From assembly GCA_016717115.1 (NCBI GenBank), contig JADKGE010000001.1, positions 508,584-572,583 of the forward strand: a stretch of DNA of 64,000 nucleotides. The letters are read 5' to 3'. The translations under genes were made by a program, and so were the position numbers. Positions 26,281-34,805 of this stretch are shown one piece after another (within the stretch, counting starts at the first letter, position 1; the number at the start of each line of letters is the position of its first letter). The notes beneath the pieces are model-generated. The model did not search any database. It was not told the DNA's origin and was given only the letters and a program-made list of their open reading frames with translations. The stretch is from Actinomycetota bacterium. GTDB taxonomy: Bacteria > Actinomycetota > Actinomycetes > S36-B12.

Positions 26281-26763
26281 ATGCAGGGATCGGACGCAGG
26301 CAGGGGATGGAGCGGTCGGCTGCTGCCGGACGGCACCGATCCCGATCCGCGATTCTCCCTCGCCAACGAACGCACCTTCCTGGCGTGGATCCGCACCGGC
26401 CTGGGACTCATCGCCCTGGGTGTCGGTGTGGCCACCTTCGTGTCGAGCCAGATGGCCGAGGGAACGACCATCGCGCTGGCGGCCGGCCTGGTAATCCTGG
26501 GGGGCGCACTCGCGGCCGCCAGCTGGTTCCGGTGGCTGCGGGTGGAGCGGGCGATGCGCAGGGGCCAGGGCATCCCGCCGTCGCGCCTCGCCCCCCTGCT
26601 CGCCGCCGGCATCGCCGTCCTCGCCGTGCTGTCCGTCGTCGGCCTTTGTCATGGCAAGGTGACCCGGTGCCGGAGACGACGTACGGCCCCGACTCGGCAG
26701 GCAGCCAGGCCGAGCGCACCGCGCTGGCCTGGAGCCGCACGATCATCTCGATGGCCGCAGTAG
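26281..26763 (+). CDS. DUF202 (YidH-like) membrane protein; 3' end uncertain
   Basis: ORF 26239..26763 trimmed to the ATG at 26281. The DUF202 signature RFSLANERTFLAWIRTGLGL plus three TM segments is present. The last ~33 codons (VTRCRRRRTAPTRQ...) look non-protein-like and overlap the next gene by 97 nt. Confidence 0.7.
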   Translation: MQGSDAGRGWSGRLLPDGTDPDPRFSLANERTFLAWIRTGLGLIALGVGVATFVSSQMAEGTTIALAAGLVILGGALAAASWFRWLRVERAMRRGQGIPPSRLAPLLAAGIAVLAVLSVVGLCHGKVTRCRRRRTAPTRQAARPSAPRWPGAARSSRWPQ

Positions 26764-27014
26764 TGGCCTTCGTGGCGATCCACGGCGGGATCGAGGGAGC
26801 GCCCCTGCCCGCCGTCGTGGCCCTGACCGCCGTCGCGGGAGCCCTGCTCCTGGCCGCCTCGGCCACGACGCGTCGTATCTGGTCGCGGGCGGTCGAGGCC
26901 ATGTCCGGCCGAAGGGGTGCGCCGAATCCTGTGGCCACCGCCACGGTCGCGGCTGCATCAGCGCTCGTGGCCGCCCTGGCACTGCTGTCCATCGCGGCGA
27001 CGAGGCAGGGGTGA
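26667..27014 (+). CDS. DUF202 domain membrane protein (second of pair)
   Basis: In the frame of ORF 26307..27014, with a GTG at 26667 after AAGGTGA. The signature QAERTALAWSRT is followed by TM segments. Confidence 0.7.
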   Translation: MPETTYGPDSAGSQAERTALAWSRTIISMAAVVAFVAIHGGIEGAPLPAVVALTAVAGALLLAASATTRRIWSRAVEAMSGRRGAPNPVATATVAAASALVAALALLSIAATRQG

Positions 27015-27018
27015 TCGC

Positions 27019-28461
27019 ATGAGCGGCGTTGAGAACAGGCCACCACGCGTCGGACCGCCGCTGTCGCTCGGCGATCGACGGATCGAGGCGCTCGAGCACG
27101 CCACGGCCATCGTCGCCCACGCGTGGCGCGACTTCGACCAGGCGCGCGAGGAGGAGACCGTTCCGTCCGCCGAGCTGCAGAACCGGCTGCTCGAGCCGCT
27201 GCCGGAGGAGCCCGGTGACGTCATCGCCGATCTCGACCTGGCTGCCGACGTCCTCGACGCGTCCCTGGCCCAGTCCCGGCCTCGCTACCTCGCCTACATC
27301 GGTTCCAGCGGACTCGAGATCGGCGCGGTCGCCGACCTGCTCGCGCACTCCTACGACATCAACCTCGCGCTCGACGCCCGGGGCGCCACGCAGCTGGAGA
27401 ACCAGACCATCGGCTGGCTCGCCTCGTTCCTGGGCTACCCGGCCACGGCCGGCTCGTTCACGAGCGGAGGAACGATCAGCAACCTCACCGCCCTGGCCGC
27501 TGCCCGCGAGCGGGCCCTGCCGGGCAGCCGCACGACCGGGATGGCGAACCATGCCGCCGCGCTGTACTGCTCCGCGGAGGCGCACTACTCCGTGACCCGC
27601 GCGGCCGAACTGCTCGGCATCGGCCGTGACAACGTCCGGGCGATCCCCACCGACGACCGGCGGCGGATGTCCGCCGCCGCGCTCGAGCGTCAGCTGCAGT
27701 CCGATCGCGCTGCCGGGATCATGCCCATCGCCGTGGTGGCCACCACCGGCACGACGCTCACCGGCGCCGTCGACCCCCTCAACGACATCGCCGACGTCTG
27801 CGAGCCCTACGGCACCTGGATCCACGTCGACGGCGCTTACGGCCTGCCCGCCGCCGCCGCGCCGAGCTCGGCTCCGCTGTTCCAGGGGCTCGAACGCGCC
27901 AACTCGGTGAGCGTGGACGCACACAAGTGGATGTTCGTCCCGAAGGCGTGCAGCGCCGTGCTCGTGCGCCGGGCCGGCGACCTCGCGACCGCCTTCTCCC
28001 ACAACGAGGCCTACATCCCCCACGAGGACGACGCGCTGAACGCGGTCGACGTCACCCTGGAGTACTCCCGTCCCTTCCGGGCCCTGAAGCTGTGGTTGGC
28101 CCTTCGCGTGCACGGCGCGCAGGCGTTCCGTGATGCGATCGAGGAGAACCTGCGGCAGGCCAACCTCCTGTACGACCTCGCGGCCGCGCATCCCGACTTC
28201 GAGACCAGGCCGCACCGGCCGCAGCTGTCGATCGTCCCGCTGCGGCACGTCCCACCGGATTGCAGTGACGCCGATCGTCACAACGACGACCTGTGCCGCG
28301 CCATGCAGCGCGATGGCCGCGTGTACATCTCCCCGGCGATCATCGACGGACGCACGTGGCTGCGCCCCTGCTTCACCAACTTCCGGACGACGGAGGACGA
28401 CGTGCGCACCACGCTCGCCGTCGCAGCGGAGATTGGCACGGCTATCTGTGGGGATCACTGA
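27019..28461 (+). CDS. pyridoxal-phosphate-dependent decarboxylase (group II, aromatic-amino-acid/DABA decarboxylase-like)
   Basis: In the frame of ORF 26917..28461, starting at ATG 27019. Motifs present: SGGTISNLTALAAAR, HVDGAYG, and the PLP-lysine motif SVDAHKW. Confidence 0.88.
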   Translation: MSGVENRPPRVGPPLSLGDRRIEALEHATAIVAHAWRDFDQAREEETVPSAELQNRLLEPLPEEPGDVIADLDLAADVLDASLAQSRPRYLAYIGSSGLEIGAVADLLAHSYDINLALDARGATQLENQTIGWLASFLGYPATAGSFTSGGTISNLTALAAARERALPGSRTTGMANHAAALYCSAEAHYSVTRAAELLGIGRDNVRAIPTDDRRRMSAAALERQLQSDRAAGIMPIAVVATTGTTLTGAVDPLNDIADVCEPYGTWIHVDGAYGLPAAAAPSSAPLFQGLERANSVSVDAHKWMFVPKACSAVLVRRAGDLATAFSHNEAYIPHEDDALNAVDVTLEYSRPFRALKLWLALRVHGAQAFRDAIEENLRQANLLYDLAAAHPDFETRPHRPQLSIVPLRHVPPDCSDADRHNDDLCRAMQRDGRVYISPAIIDGRTWLRPCFTNFRTTEDDVRTTLAVAAEIGTAICGDH

Positions 28462-28484
28462 CCTCGATTGGCTATTCTCCGCAG

Positions 28485-30032
28485 ATGGCCGAAGGAGCGC
28501 ACACCGTGACTGATGGGGTGTGCTTCCCGGAGGGCGGCGACGGTCGGCGCAGCACCACGGCCACGGGCCGGGCGGTGTTCGCCGACTCCGTCCGCAGGGT
28601 CGATCCCGCCCTCGCCGCACGCATCGAGCACACGAAGGACTGGCGGGGCGGCTACCTCAAGCCCCTGCGTGACATCGTCATTGCCGCAGCCATGGCTCCC
28701 GGTGCCGCGGTGACCATCTCGTCCGACGGCCTCGACTCAGCGCGACGCCGGTTCTCCTTCGTCCGCGCGGGAGAGACCACGACGGTTCCCGAGGCGATGC
28801 GACGTCACTCGACGCCGCGCTATGCATCGGTCACCGTCCATGGGGGCGCGCCCCGCGAGACCGACCTGTCGCTGCCCTATCGCGGTCGACGGCTCTTCGG
28901 GGACCACCTGCGTGAGCAGATCGATCGCTGGGTGGCCGAGGGCACCGCGGAGCCGGGATTCGGCGAGGCCCTCCATCTGCTGCTCGACAACCCGGACTGG
29001 CTCGACCTCCATGACATCGATGTCGCGATCCTCGGTGCCGGCGCCGAGATGGGGCCCACCCGGTCCCTGCTGAGGTGGGGGGCCACCGTGCACGCGGTCG
29101 ACCTCAAGCGACCCCACCTGTGGGAGCGCCTCATCGCGACGACGCGCAGTACAGCGGGGTCGCTGCGGATACCCGTGCTCCTCGGCCCCGACGGCACCCC
29201 GCCGTTCGTCGTGGGGGGCGCCGTGCATCCCGACGACGACGTCAATGTGGCCGCTCGCGCCGGCGCAGATCTGCTCCAGCGGGCCCCTGAGCTTCGGACC
29301 TGGCTCGACGAGATCGAGCAGCCGTTCGTCCTCGGCTCGTACGCCTATGCCGACGGCGCGGCGCACGTGCTGCTGTCCGTGGCCTCGGATGCGATCGCCA
29401 CGGGGCTGCTCGACCACCGTGACGACATCACCCTGGCCTACCTGGCCACGCCCACGGACGTCTTCATGGTCCCGATGGGGGCGGTCGAGGAGTCCCGGCG
29501 ACGCTGGGACTCGCGGGGCCTCAGCGGCGTGCTCCAGACGCCCCTGCGCCTGCTGAACCAGTTCGAGCCGAACTACCCGCAGGACTACCTGACGAACGAG
29601 GGGACCCCCTTCGGCATCAACGACTCACTGGTTCCCCAGCAGGGCCCCAACTACGCTCTCGCGAAGCGGCTGCAACGGTGGCGGGCCCTCGTCGCGAGAT
29701 CCGAGGGCACCCCGGTGTCGTTGAACCTCGCGCCGGCCACGCGTACCCAGTCCGTCCTCAAGAACCGCGCGCTGGCGGCCGCCTATGCGGGCGCGGGGCG
29801 CTTCGGGGTGGAGGTCTTCGATCCGGCGACGTCGACGACGCTGATGGCCGCGCTCCTCGTGCACGACCTGCGCAATCCCGCCGCCGCGGCCAACCCGGCG
29901 ACCCCACTGGAGAACCCCATGGACCTGTTCGCCCAGGGCGCCAACCACGGGGGCCTGTGGCGCGCCGCGTGGTCGCCGAGGAGCGTGCTCGGGGTGGCTG
30001 CCGTGCTGGGCATGTTCGAGTCGCGAGCCTGA
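28485..30032 (+). CDS. hypothetical protein (515 aa) with central Rossmann-like GxGxxG motif; family not recognised
   Basis: In the frame of ORF 28293..30032, starting at ATG 28485. Coding-like GC3 bias runs throughout. The stretch DIDVAILGAGAEMGPTRSLLRWGATVHAVDL looks like a beta-alpha-beta dinucleotide-binding unit. Confidence 0.6.
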   Translation: MAEGAHTVTDGVCFPEGGDGRRSTTATGRAVFADSVRRVDPALAARIEHTKDWRGGYLKPLRDIVIAAAMAPGAAVTISSDGLDSARRRFSFVRAGETTTVPEAMRRHSTPRYASVTVHGGAPRETDLSLPYRGRRLFGDHLREQIDRWVAEGTAEPGFGEALHLLLDNPDWLDLHDIDVAILGAGAEMGPTRSLLRWGATVHAVDLKRPHLWERLIATTRSTAGSLRIPVLLGPDGTPPFVVGGAVHPDDDVNVAARAGADLLQRAPELRTWLDEIEQPFVLGSYAYADGAAHVLLSVASDAIATGLLDHRDDITLAYLATPTDVFMVPMGAVEESRRRWDSRGLSGVLQTPLRLLNQFEPNYPQDYLTNEGTPFGINDSLVPQQGPNYALAKRLQRWRALVARSEGTPVSLNLAPATRTQSVLKNRALAAAYAGAGRFGVEVFDPATSTTLMAALLVHDLRNPAAAANPATPLENPMDLFAQGANHGGLWRAAWSPRSVLGVAAVLGMFESRA

Positions 30033-30058
30033 GGACGCCGGCCAAGTACGGTCGTCCC

Positions 30059-31698
30059 ATGAGCAACCAGCCGTCCGTCGCCTCGGTCATCCTCGAGTTG
30101 CTCGGCTCCCACGGCGTGACCCGGGCCTTCGGGATCCCCGGCGTGCACAACCTGGCGTTCTGGGACGCGGAGTCGCCGACGGCGCCCGCATCGTCGGGGT
30201 CCGGCACGAGCAGGCCGCGGGGTACGCCTGCGACGGGCTCTTCCGGGCCACCGGCACTCCCGCCGCGGCCCTGCTCACGAGCGGCCCGGGGGCGGCCAAC
30301 ATCCTCGCCGCGTTCGGCGAGGCGTTCGTCAGCCACTCCGCCATGATCGTCCTGGCGAGCGAGGTCAACCAGTCGCTCCGCTCACCGGCCGGACCACGCG
30401 GGATCCTCCACGAGATGGCCGACCAGGGCGCGATGTTCGAGGCCTTCGGTGCCCCGGCACGCACGGCGCGCACGCGCCAGGAGGCGATCGCCTCGACCGT
30501 GCTCGCCCTGCGCGATGCCTGGGGGCCGCCGCCCGTGTCGAGCTATGTGGGCGTCCCGACCGACGTCCTGGGTGAGGAGTGGCCCTCATCGGTCCCCCAC
30601 ATCCCCCGGCTCCCGGCACCCGCCGCCGATCCTCACGACGTCTCGACGCTCGCGGAGCTCATCGCGGTTTCGCCCAAGGTCGTGCTATGGCTCGGTGGCG
30701 GCGTGGTGACGGCCGATGCCGAGGCCGACGTCCGGGCCCTGGCCCACCGCCTCGGATCGCCGGTGGTCACGACGTACGCGGGGCGGGGCCTCCTGGCCGG
30801 CGACCCCTTGCTCGTCAATGCCCCGGTCCATGAGCCCGAGGTGGCGCAGGTGGTGGCCGAGGCCGACCTCCTCCTGATCATCGGCTCGTCGTTCGACGGG
30901 ATGAACACCAAGAACTGGCGGATCGACCTGCCCCCCCGCCGAGCGGCGCTCACCCTCGGTTCCCTCATCCAGCGCACCGTCGACCTCGACTGCCTGATCA
31001 GTGCGGACGTCCACGAGGGCCTGGCGGCACTCCACGAGACCCTCGACGACACCGGAGTCGAGGACCGAGTTCCCTGGACCGATGTCTCGGGCATCCGCGA
31101 CACCGTGGTGAGCCGACTGCTGCTCGATCCGCGCACGGAGCCGGCCATGCGCTGGGTGCAGCAGATCGACGCCGGGTGGGCCCGTGATGGAGCCGTCGTG
31201 TGCGACATGGCCGTGGGGGCCTACTGGTACGGCGGCTACAGCAACCAGCCCCGACCGCGGCGGCTGCAGTACGCGGTCGGGTGGGGCACCCTCAGCTATG
31301 CGCTCCCGGCGGCGATCGGACCGGCGTCGGTGGGCATCCCCACCCTTGCCGTGTGCGGCGACGGCGGGCCGATGTTCGCACTCGGCGAGCTGGCCACCTA
31401 CGCGCAGGAGTCCCTGCCCATCACGTTGCTCATCGTCGACGACGGCGGCTACGGGATGCTGCGATTCGACCAGCAGGTCTTCGGGCACCCGGAGCGTGGG
31501 GTCGACCTGCTGACCCCGGAGTGGTCGTCGTTGGGTGCCGCTTTCGGGATCGCCGTCGAGCGGGTGTCGGCCGTCGACGCGATCGGCCCGGCCCTGGCTC
31601 GTGCACGCACCGCGAACGACCGCGGCGAGCCGCGCATCGTCGTGTGGCCCCAGCGGCTCTTCCCACCGCGAACGACCTCACCGCGCTGGTTCGAGTAG
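30059..31698 (+). pseudogene. thiamine-diphosphate-dependent enzyme (acetolactate synthase-like), frameshifted near the 5' end
   Basis: The N-terminus MSNQPSVASVILELLGSHGVTRAFGIPGVHNLAFWDA lies in the frame of ORF 29678..30346. The continuation GARIVGVRHEQAAGYACDGLFRATGTPAAALLTSGPGAANI... and the remainder (ORF 30343..31698, GDGGPMF...) lie in another frame. The switch is near 30164..30180. Confidence 0.75.
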
Positions 31699-32430
31699 TC
31701 AGCTCGAGGGAATGAACCCCGAGTCCAGCTGCCACGGGGCGACGGGCGAGTTCTCGATCACCCAGGCCTGGATGTCCTTGTCGATTCCGAAGGCGATCGC
31801 GATGCCGACGAGGATGAACACGATGCCCAGTCCGCGGCGGAACCACGAGTGGGGGTCGGCGGCCCAGCGGGCGTTCCCGATGAACTTCTGTCCCAGCAGT
31901 GCGATCGCGAGCAGGGTGACGCACAGGCCGACGACGTAGCCCAGGAGCAGGAGCATTCCCTGCGCGAACGACGCCGGCAGCACCGTCACGATGACGTACC
32001 CGTACATCGGCGAGCAGGACGAGAACACCGGGCCGAGGGCCGCACCCGTGAGGATCGCTCCACCCATGCCCTGCTGCTTGCGTGCCGACGCGAGGCGAGT
32101 CGTCGACCGCTCCTGCAGGCGAAGGCCGGCACTGATCCGGTCCCAGATGCCGGGGAAGAGCGACACCAGGCCCAGGGCGATGAGGATGCCACCGCTGATC
32201 CACTGCCACACATCGGTCGGGATGCCTATCAGCGCGGTGGTCGCCTTGAGGATCAGCGTGAACACGATGATCGACATGCCCAAGGACGCGGTGATGACGT
32301 ACGCGCGCCGTCGGGCCTGGACCGAGGATGGCCCGAGCGAGCCGCCGACGATGACGGGCAGCATCGGCAGCACGCACGGGGCAAGCGTGGTCAGGACCCC
32401 GGCGACCACCGCGCCGAGGAACAGGAGCAT
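31699..32430 (-). CDS. ccdA: cytochrome c biogenesis / thiol-disulfide electron transporter CcdA (DsbD-core family)
   Basis: ORF 31699..32430. The motif LAPCVLPMLPV in TM1, a second Cys-containing TM (FSSCSPMYG) and 6 TM-like segments are present. Confidence 0.88.
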   Translation of the reverse strand: MLLFLGAVVAGVLTTLAPCVLPMLPVIVGGSLGPSSVQARRRAYVITASLGMSIIVFTLILKATTALIGIPTDVWQWISGGILIALGLVSLFPGIWDRISAGLRLQERSTTRLASARKQQGMGGAILTGAALGPVFSSCSPMYGYVIVTVLPASFAQGMLLLLGYVVGLCVTLLAIALLGQKFIGNARWAADPHSWFRRGLGIVFILVGIAIAFGIDKDIQAWVIENSPVAPWQLDSGFIPSS

Positions 32431-32993
32431 CAGGCGGTCTGCTTCGCGATCTCGTCAGCGGTCACACTGCCGGTCCACTTGGCCACCTCGTTGCCGTCGG
32501 CATCGACCTGCACGAAGGTGTGCTGGGTGGTGACGCCGTACTTCTGCTTGAGCTCGTCGGAGTCGTCGTAGTCGACCCGGACGATGGCCAGGCCCCCAGG
32601 GATCGCGGCCGGATCGGCCTCGAGGTTCGTCGTCGCCTCCTGGCACGTGGGGCACCAGTCCGCGGCGAAGAACAGCACGACGTCTCCAGCCGCGTACATG
32701 TCCTTGCTGCCCTGATATTCGGCGAGGGTGATGTAGGCGCCGGTGGCCGCCGCCTCGGACTCCATGGCCTCGGACTCCATGGCCTCGGACTCCATGGCCT
32801 CGGACTCCATGGCCTCGGACTCCATGGCCTCGGACTCCATGGCCTCGGACTCCATGGCCTCGGCGGCCGCGGACGTAGCCACCGCCGGCACGGCTTGATC
32901 ACTGGCCGTGTTCGAGCCGCAGGCGGTGAGGACCAGCGCGGTGGCGGCGAGGGGAAGGGCGAAACGGGCGATGAAAACGCGTGTGTTGGTCAT
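32430..32993 (-). CDS. thioredoxin-fold lipoprotein with (AMESE)x7 linker
   Basis: ORF 32430..33011 trimmed to the ATG at 32993 after GAGGA. A lipobox (LVLTAC) is followed by a repeat linker and then a thioredoxin domain with active site WCPTC. There is a 1-nt stop/start overlap with ccdA. Confidence 0.85.
   Translation of the reverse strand: MTNTRVFIARFALPLAATALVLTACGSNTASDQAVPAVATSAAAEAMESEAMESEAMESEAMESEAMESEAMESEAMESEAAATGAYITLAEYQGSKDMYAAGDVVLFFAADWCPTCQEATTNLEADPAAIPGGLAIVRVDYDDSDELKQKYGVTTQHTFVQVDADGNEVAKWTGSVTADEIAKQTA
32751..32866. repeat. 15-bp in-frame tandem repeat (GGCCTCGGACTCCAT) x7 plus a partial unit
   Basis: Six identical copies lie at 32766..32855. They are preceded by one copy with a single mismatch (32751..32765) and followed by a partial degenerate unit. 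The repeat encodes AMESE x7 on the minus strand. Confidence 0.97.
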
Positions 32994-33104
32994 GTCCTCA
33001 TCAGACCTCACCGATGTGGTGCGGCCAGCCGGAAAGCCTTACGGACTCCTTACCGGACCCCGTCATCGGCGCTGGCCGCCGGTATCCGGCCCTACTGTGG
33101 TGGC

Positions 33105-33785
33105 GTGGCCACCATCCTCGTCGTCGACGACGACCCCACGGTGCGTGAGGTCGTCGTGGCGTACCTGCAGCAGGCCGGCCACGAGACCCTCGAGGCGCCG
33201 GACGGGCCTAATGCCGTCATCGCCGCCCAGGCGAGCCCCGATCTCGTCGTGCTCGACGTGATGCTGCCGGGCTTCGACGGGCTCGAGGTGTGCCGTCGCA
33301 TCCGCGCGGAGCGCCCCGACCTGCCGGTGATCATGCTCACCGCGCTGGGTGAGGAGGAGGACCGCATCGCGGGCCTCGGTACCGGGGCCGACGACTACCT
33401 CAGCAAGCCGTTCTCCCCTCGCGAGCTCGTGCTGCGCGTCGCCTCCGTGCTGCGACGAGCGAACCCGCCGGCCCCTGCGGCGCTTCAGGTGCGCGAGGAC
33501 GGGAACCTGCGCGTTGACCCTGTGGCGCGTATGGCGGCGATCGACGGTGCCCCGCTCGGCCTGACCACACGCGAGTTCGACCTGCTGGCCCACCTGCTGG
33601 CCCATCCCGGGGAGGCCTTCTCGCGCGAGCAGCTCCTGTCCGCGGTGTGGGGCTGGGAGTACGGCGACCTTACGACCGTCACCGTCCACGTTCGCCGCCT
33701 GCGGGAGAAGGTTGAGGGCAACCCCAGCCAGCCCACCCGCCTGGTGACGGTCTGGGGCATCGGCTACCGCTGGGACCCATCGTGA
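33105..33785 (+). CDS. OmpR/PhoB-family response regulator
   Basis: In the frame of ORF 32520..33785, starting at GTG 33105 ([10 protein letters not shown]). Receiver-domain motifs ([14 protein letters not shown]) and the winged-helix tail VWGIGYRW are present. Confidence 0.92.
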   Translation: MATILVVDDDPTVREVVVAYLQQAGHETLEAPDGPNAVIAAQASPDLVVLDVMLPGFDGLEVCRRIRAERPDLPVIMLTALGEEEDRIAGLGTGADDYLSKPFSPRELVLRVASVLRRANPPAPAALQVREDGNLRVDPVARMAAIDGAPLGLTTREFDLLAHLLAHPGEAFSREQLLSAVWGWEYGDLTTVTVHVRRLREKVEGNPSQPTRLVTVWGIGYRWDPS

Positions 33786-34801
33786 GGTCCGAGGTCGAGG
33801 TCGTCCTCATCGCGGCGGGCACGGCCACCGTGACCGGACTCGTCGGTCTCGGCGCGATCGCCTGGTTGAGCAAGAGATCGCCGCGCGCGGCCGCGATCAC
33901 TGCTCCTCTCGTGCCCGTCATCGCCGTGGCCGCTGCTCTCGTCGTCTCCGGACGCGCCATGTTCATCTCGCCACGTGACCTCACGCTGCTGGCGTGGATC
34001 GTCGCCGCCGCCTTCCCCCTCGCCATCGTGTTCGGCGTGATCGCGGCACGGCGCCTCGACGAGCAGACCCGGGTCGCCGCGGCGGCGGCGGCCGAGCTCG
34101 AGGCAAGCCGCGAGGTGGAGCGACGCCGGCGCGAGATGGCGTCCTGGATCAGCCACGACCTGCGCACTCCACTGGCCGGAATGCGCGCGATGGCGGAGGC
34201 GCTCGAGGACGGCGTGGCGCCCGACCCGGCCAGGTACCACCGGCAGATCCTTCAGGAGGTCGACCGCCTGTCCGGCATGGTCGACGACCTGCTCGCCCTG
34301 TCCCGGTTGCAGTCCGGCGAGCTGGCCTTGGCCCTCGAACGTGTCGACGTCGCCGACGTCGTATCCGACACCATCGCGACGACCGATCCACTTGCCGTCG
34401 CGCACGGGATCATCCTCACGGGCCGCGCCGAAGGCGGTCTCATGGTGACGGTCGACGGGCGCGAGATCTCCCGTGCGTTGATGAATCTGGTGACGAACGC
34501 GATCACCTACACGCCCGTGGACGGCGCGGTCACCGTCACCGCCACCCGCGACGCCGACGAGGTCGTCGTCCGAGTATGCGATACGTGCGGCGGCATCGCT
34601 GCCGCCGATATGGTCAGGCTGTTCGAGCCGGGCTGGCGAGGATCAGCGGCACGCACCCACCAGGCAGGTGAGGGTGCAGGCATCGGTCTCGCGGTCGTGC
34701 AGAGCATCGTCGACGCCCACGGCGGTCGGGTGAGCGTGCGCAATGCCGGCGACGGCTGCTGCTTCGAGGTTCGCCTTGCGGCGGCCCCGGACCTAATCTA
34801 G
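33782..34801 (+). CDS. sensor histidine kinase
   Basis: ORF 33782..34801 (GTGA overlap with the regulator). It has two N-terminal TM segments, the H-box [13 protein letters not shown], the N-box [11 protein letters not shown] and the G-box [11 protein letters not shown]. Confidence 0.92.
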   Translation: MRSEVEVVLIAAGTATVTGLVGLGAIAWLSKRSPRAAAITAPLVPVIAVAAALVVSGRAMFISPRDLTLLAWIVAAAFPLAIVFGVIAARRLDEQTRVAAAAAAELEASREVERRRREMASWISHDLRTPLAGMRAMAEALEDGVAPDPARYHRQILQEVDRLSGMVDDLLALSRLQSGELALALERVDVADVVSDTIATTDPLAVAHGIILTGRAEGGLMVTVDGREISRALMNLVTNAITYTPVDGAVTVTATRDADEVVVRVCDTCGGIAAADMVRLFEPGWRGSAARTHQAGEGAGIGLAVVQSIVDAHGGRVSVRNAGDGCCFEVRLAAAPDLI

Positions 34802-34805
34802 GGAC

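Noticed and set aside
26660-26763. Possible fourth frameshift: the first DUF202 ORF runs about 100 nt past its last TM segment into the next gene
   Set aside because: The tail (VTRCRRRRTAPTRQ...) looks non-protein-like and an out-of-frame TGA lies at 26660..26662. I cannot identify a specific indel, and long overlaps do occur, so this is left as uncertainty on the 3' end rather than a pseudogene call.
26743-28620. A 625-aa minus-strand ORF opposite the PLP decarboxylase
   Set aside because: The plus strand encodes a decarboxylase with the DAHKW PLP motif. The minus-strand translation is Arg/Gly-rich without motifs.
32751-32866. Whether the 15-bp tandem repeat could be a CRISPR array or a mobile-element end
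   Set aside because: The units are contiguous with no spacers and lie in-frame inside a coding sequence. No cas or transposase genes are nearby. It is a coding microsatellite/VNTR.
32462-32902. A minus-strand ORF with a PRPWS repeat, and the Gly-rich ORF 34793..35083
   Set aside because: These are alternative-frame or antisense readings of the AMESE repeat and of the Pro/Ala-rich linker of the L,D-transpeptidase. They are repeat-driven artefacts.
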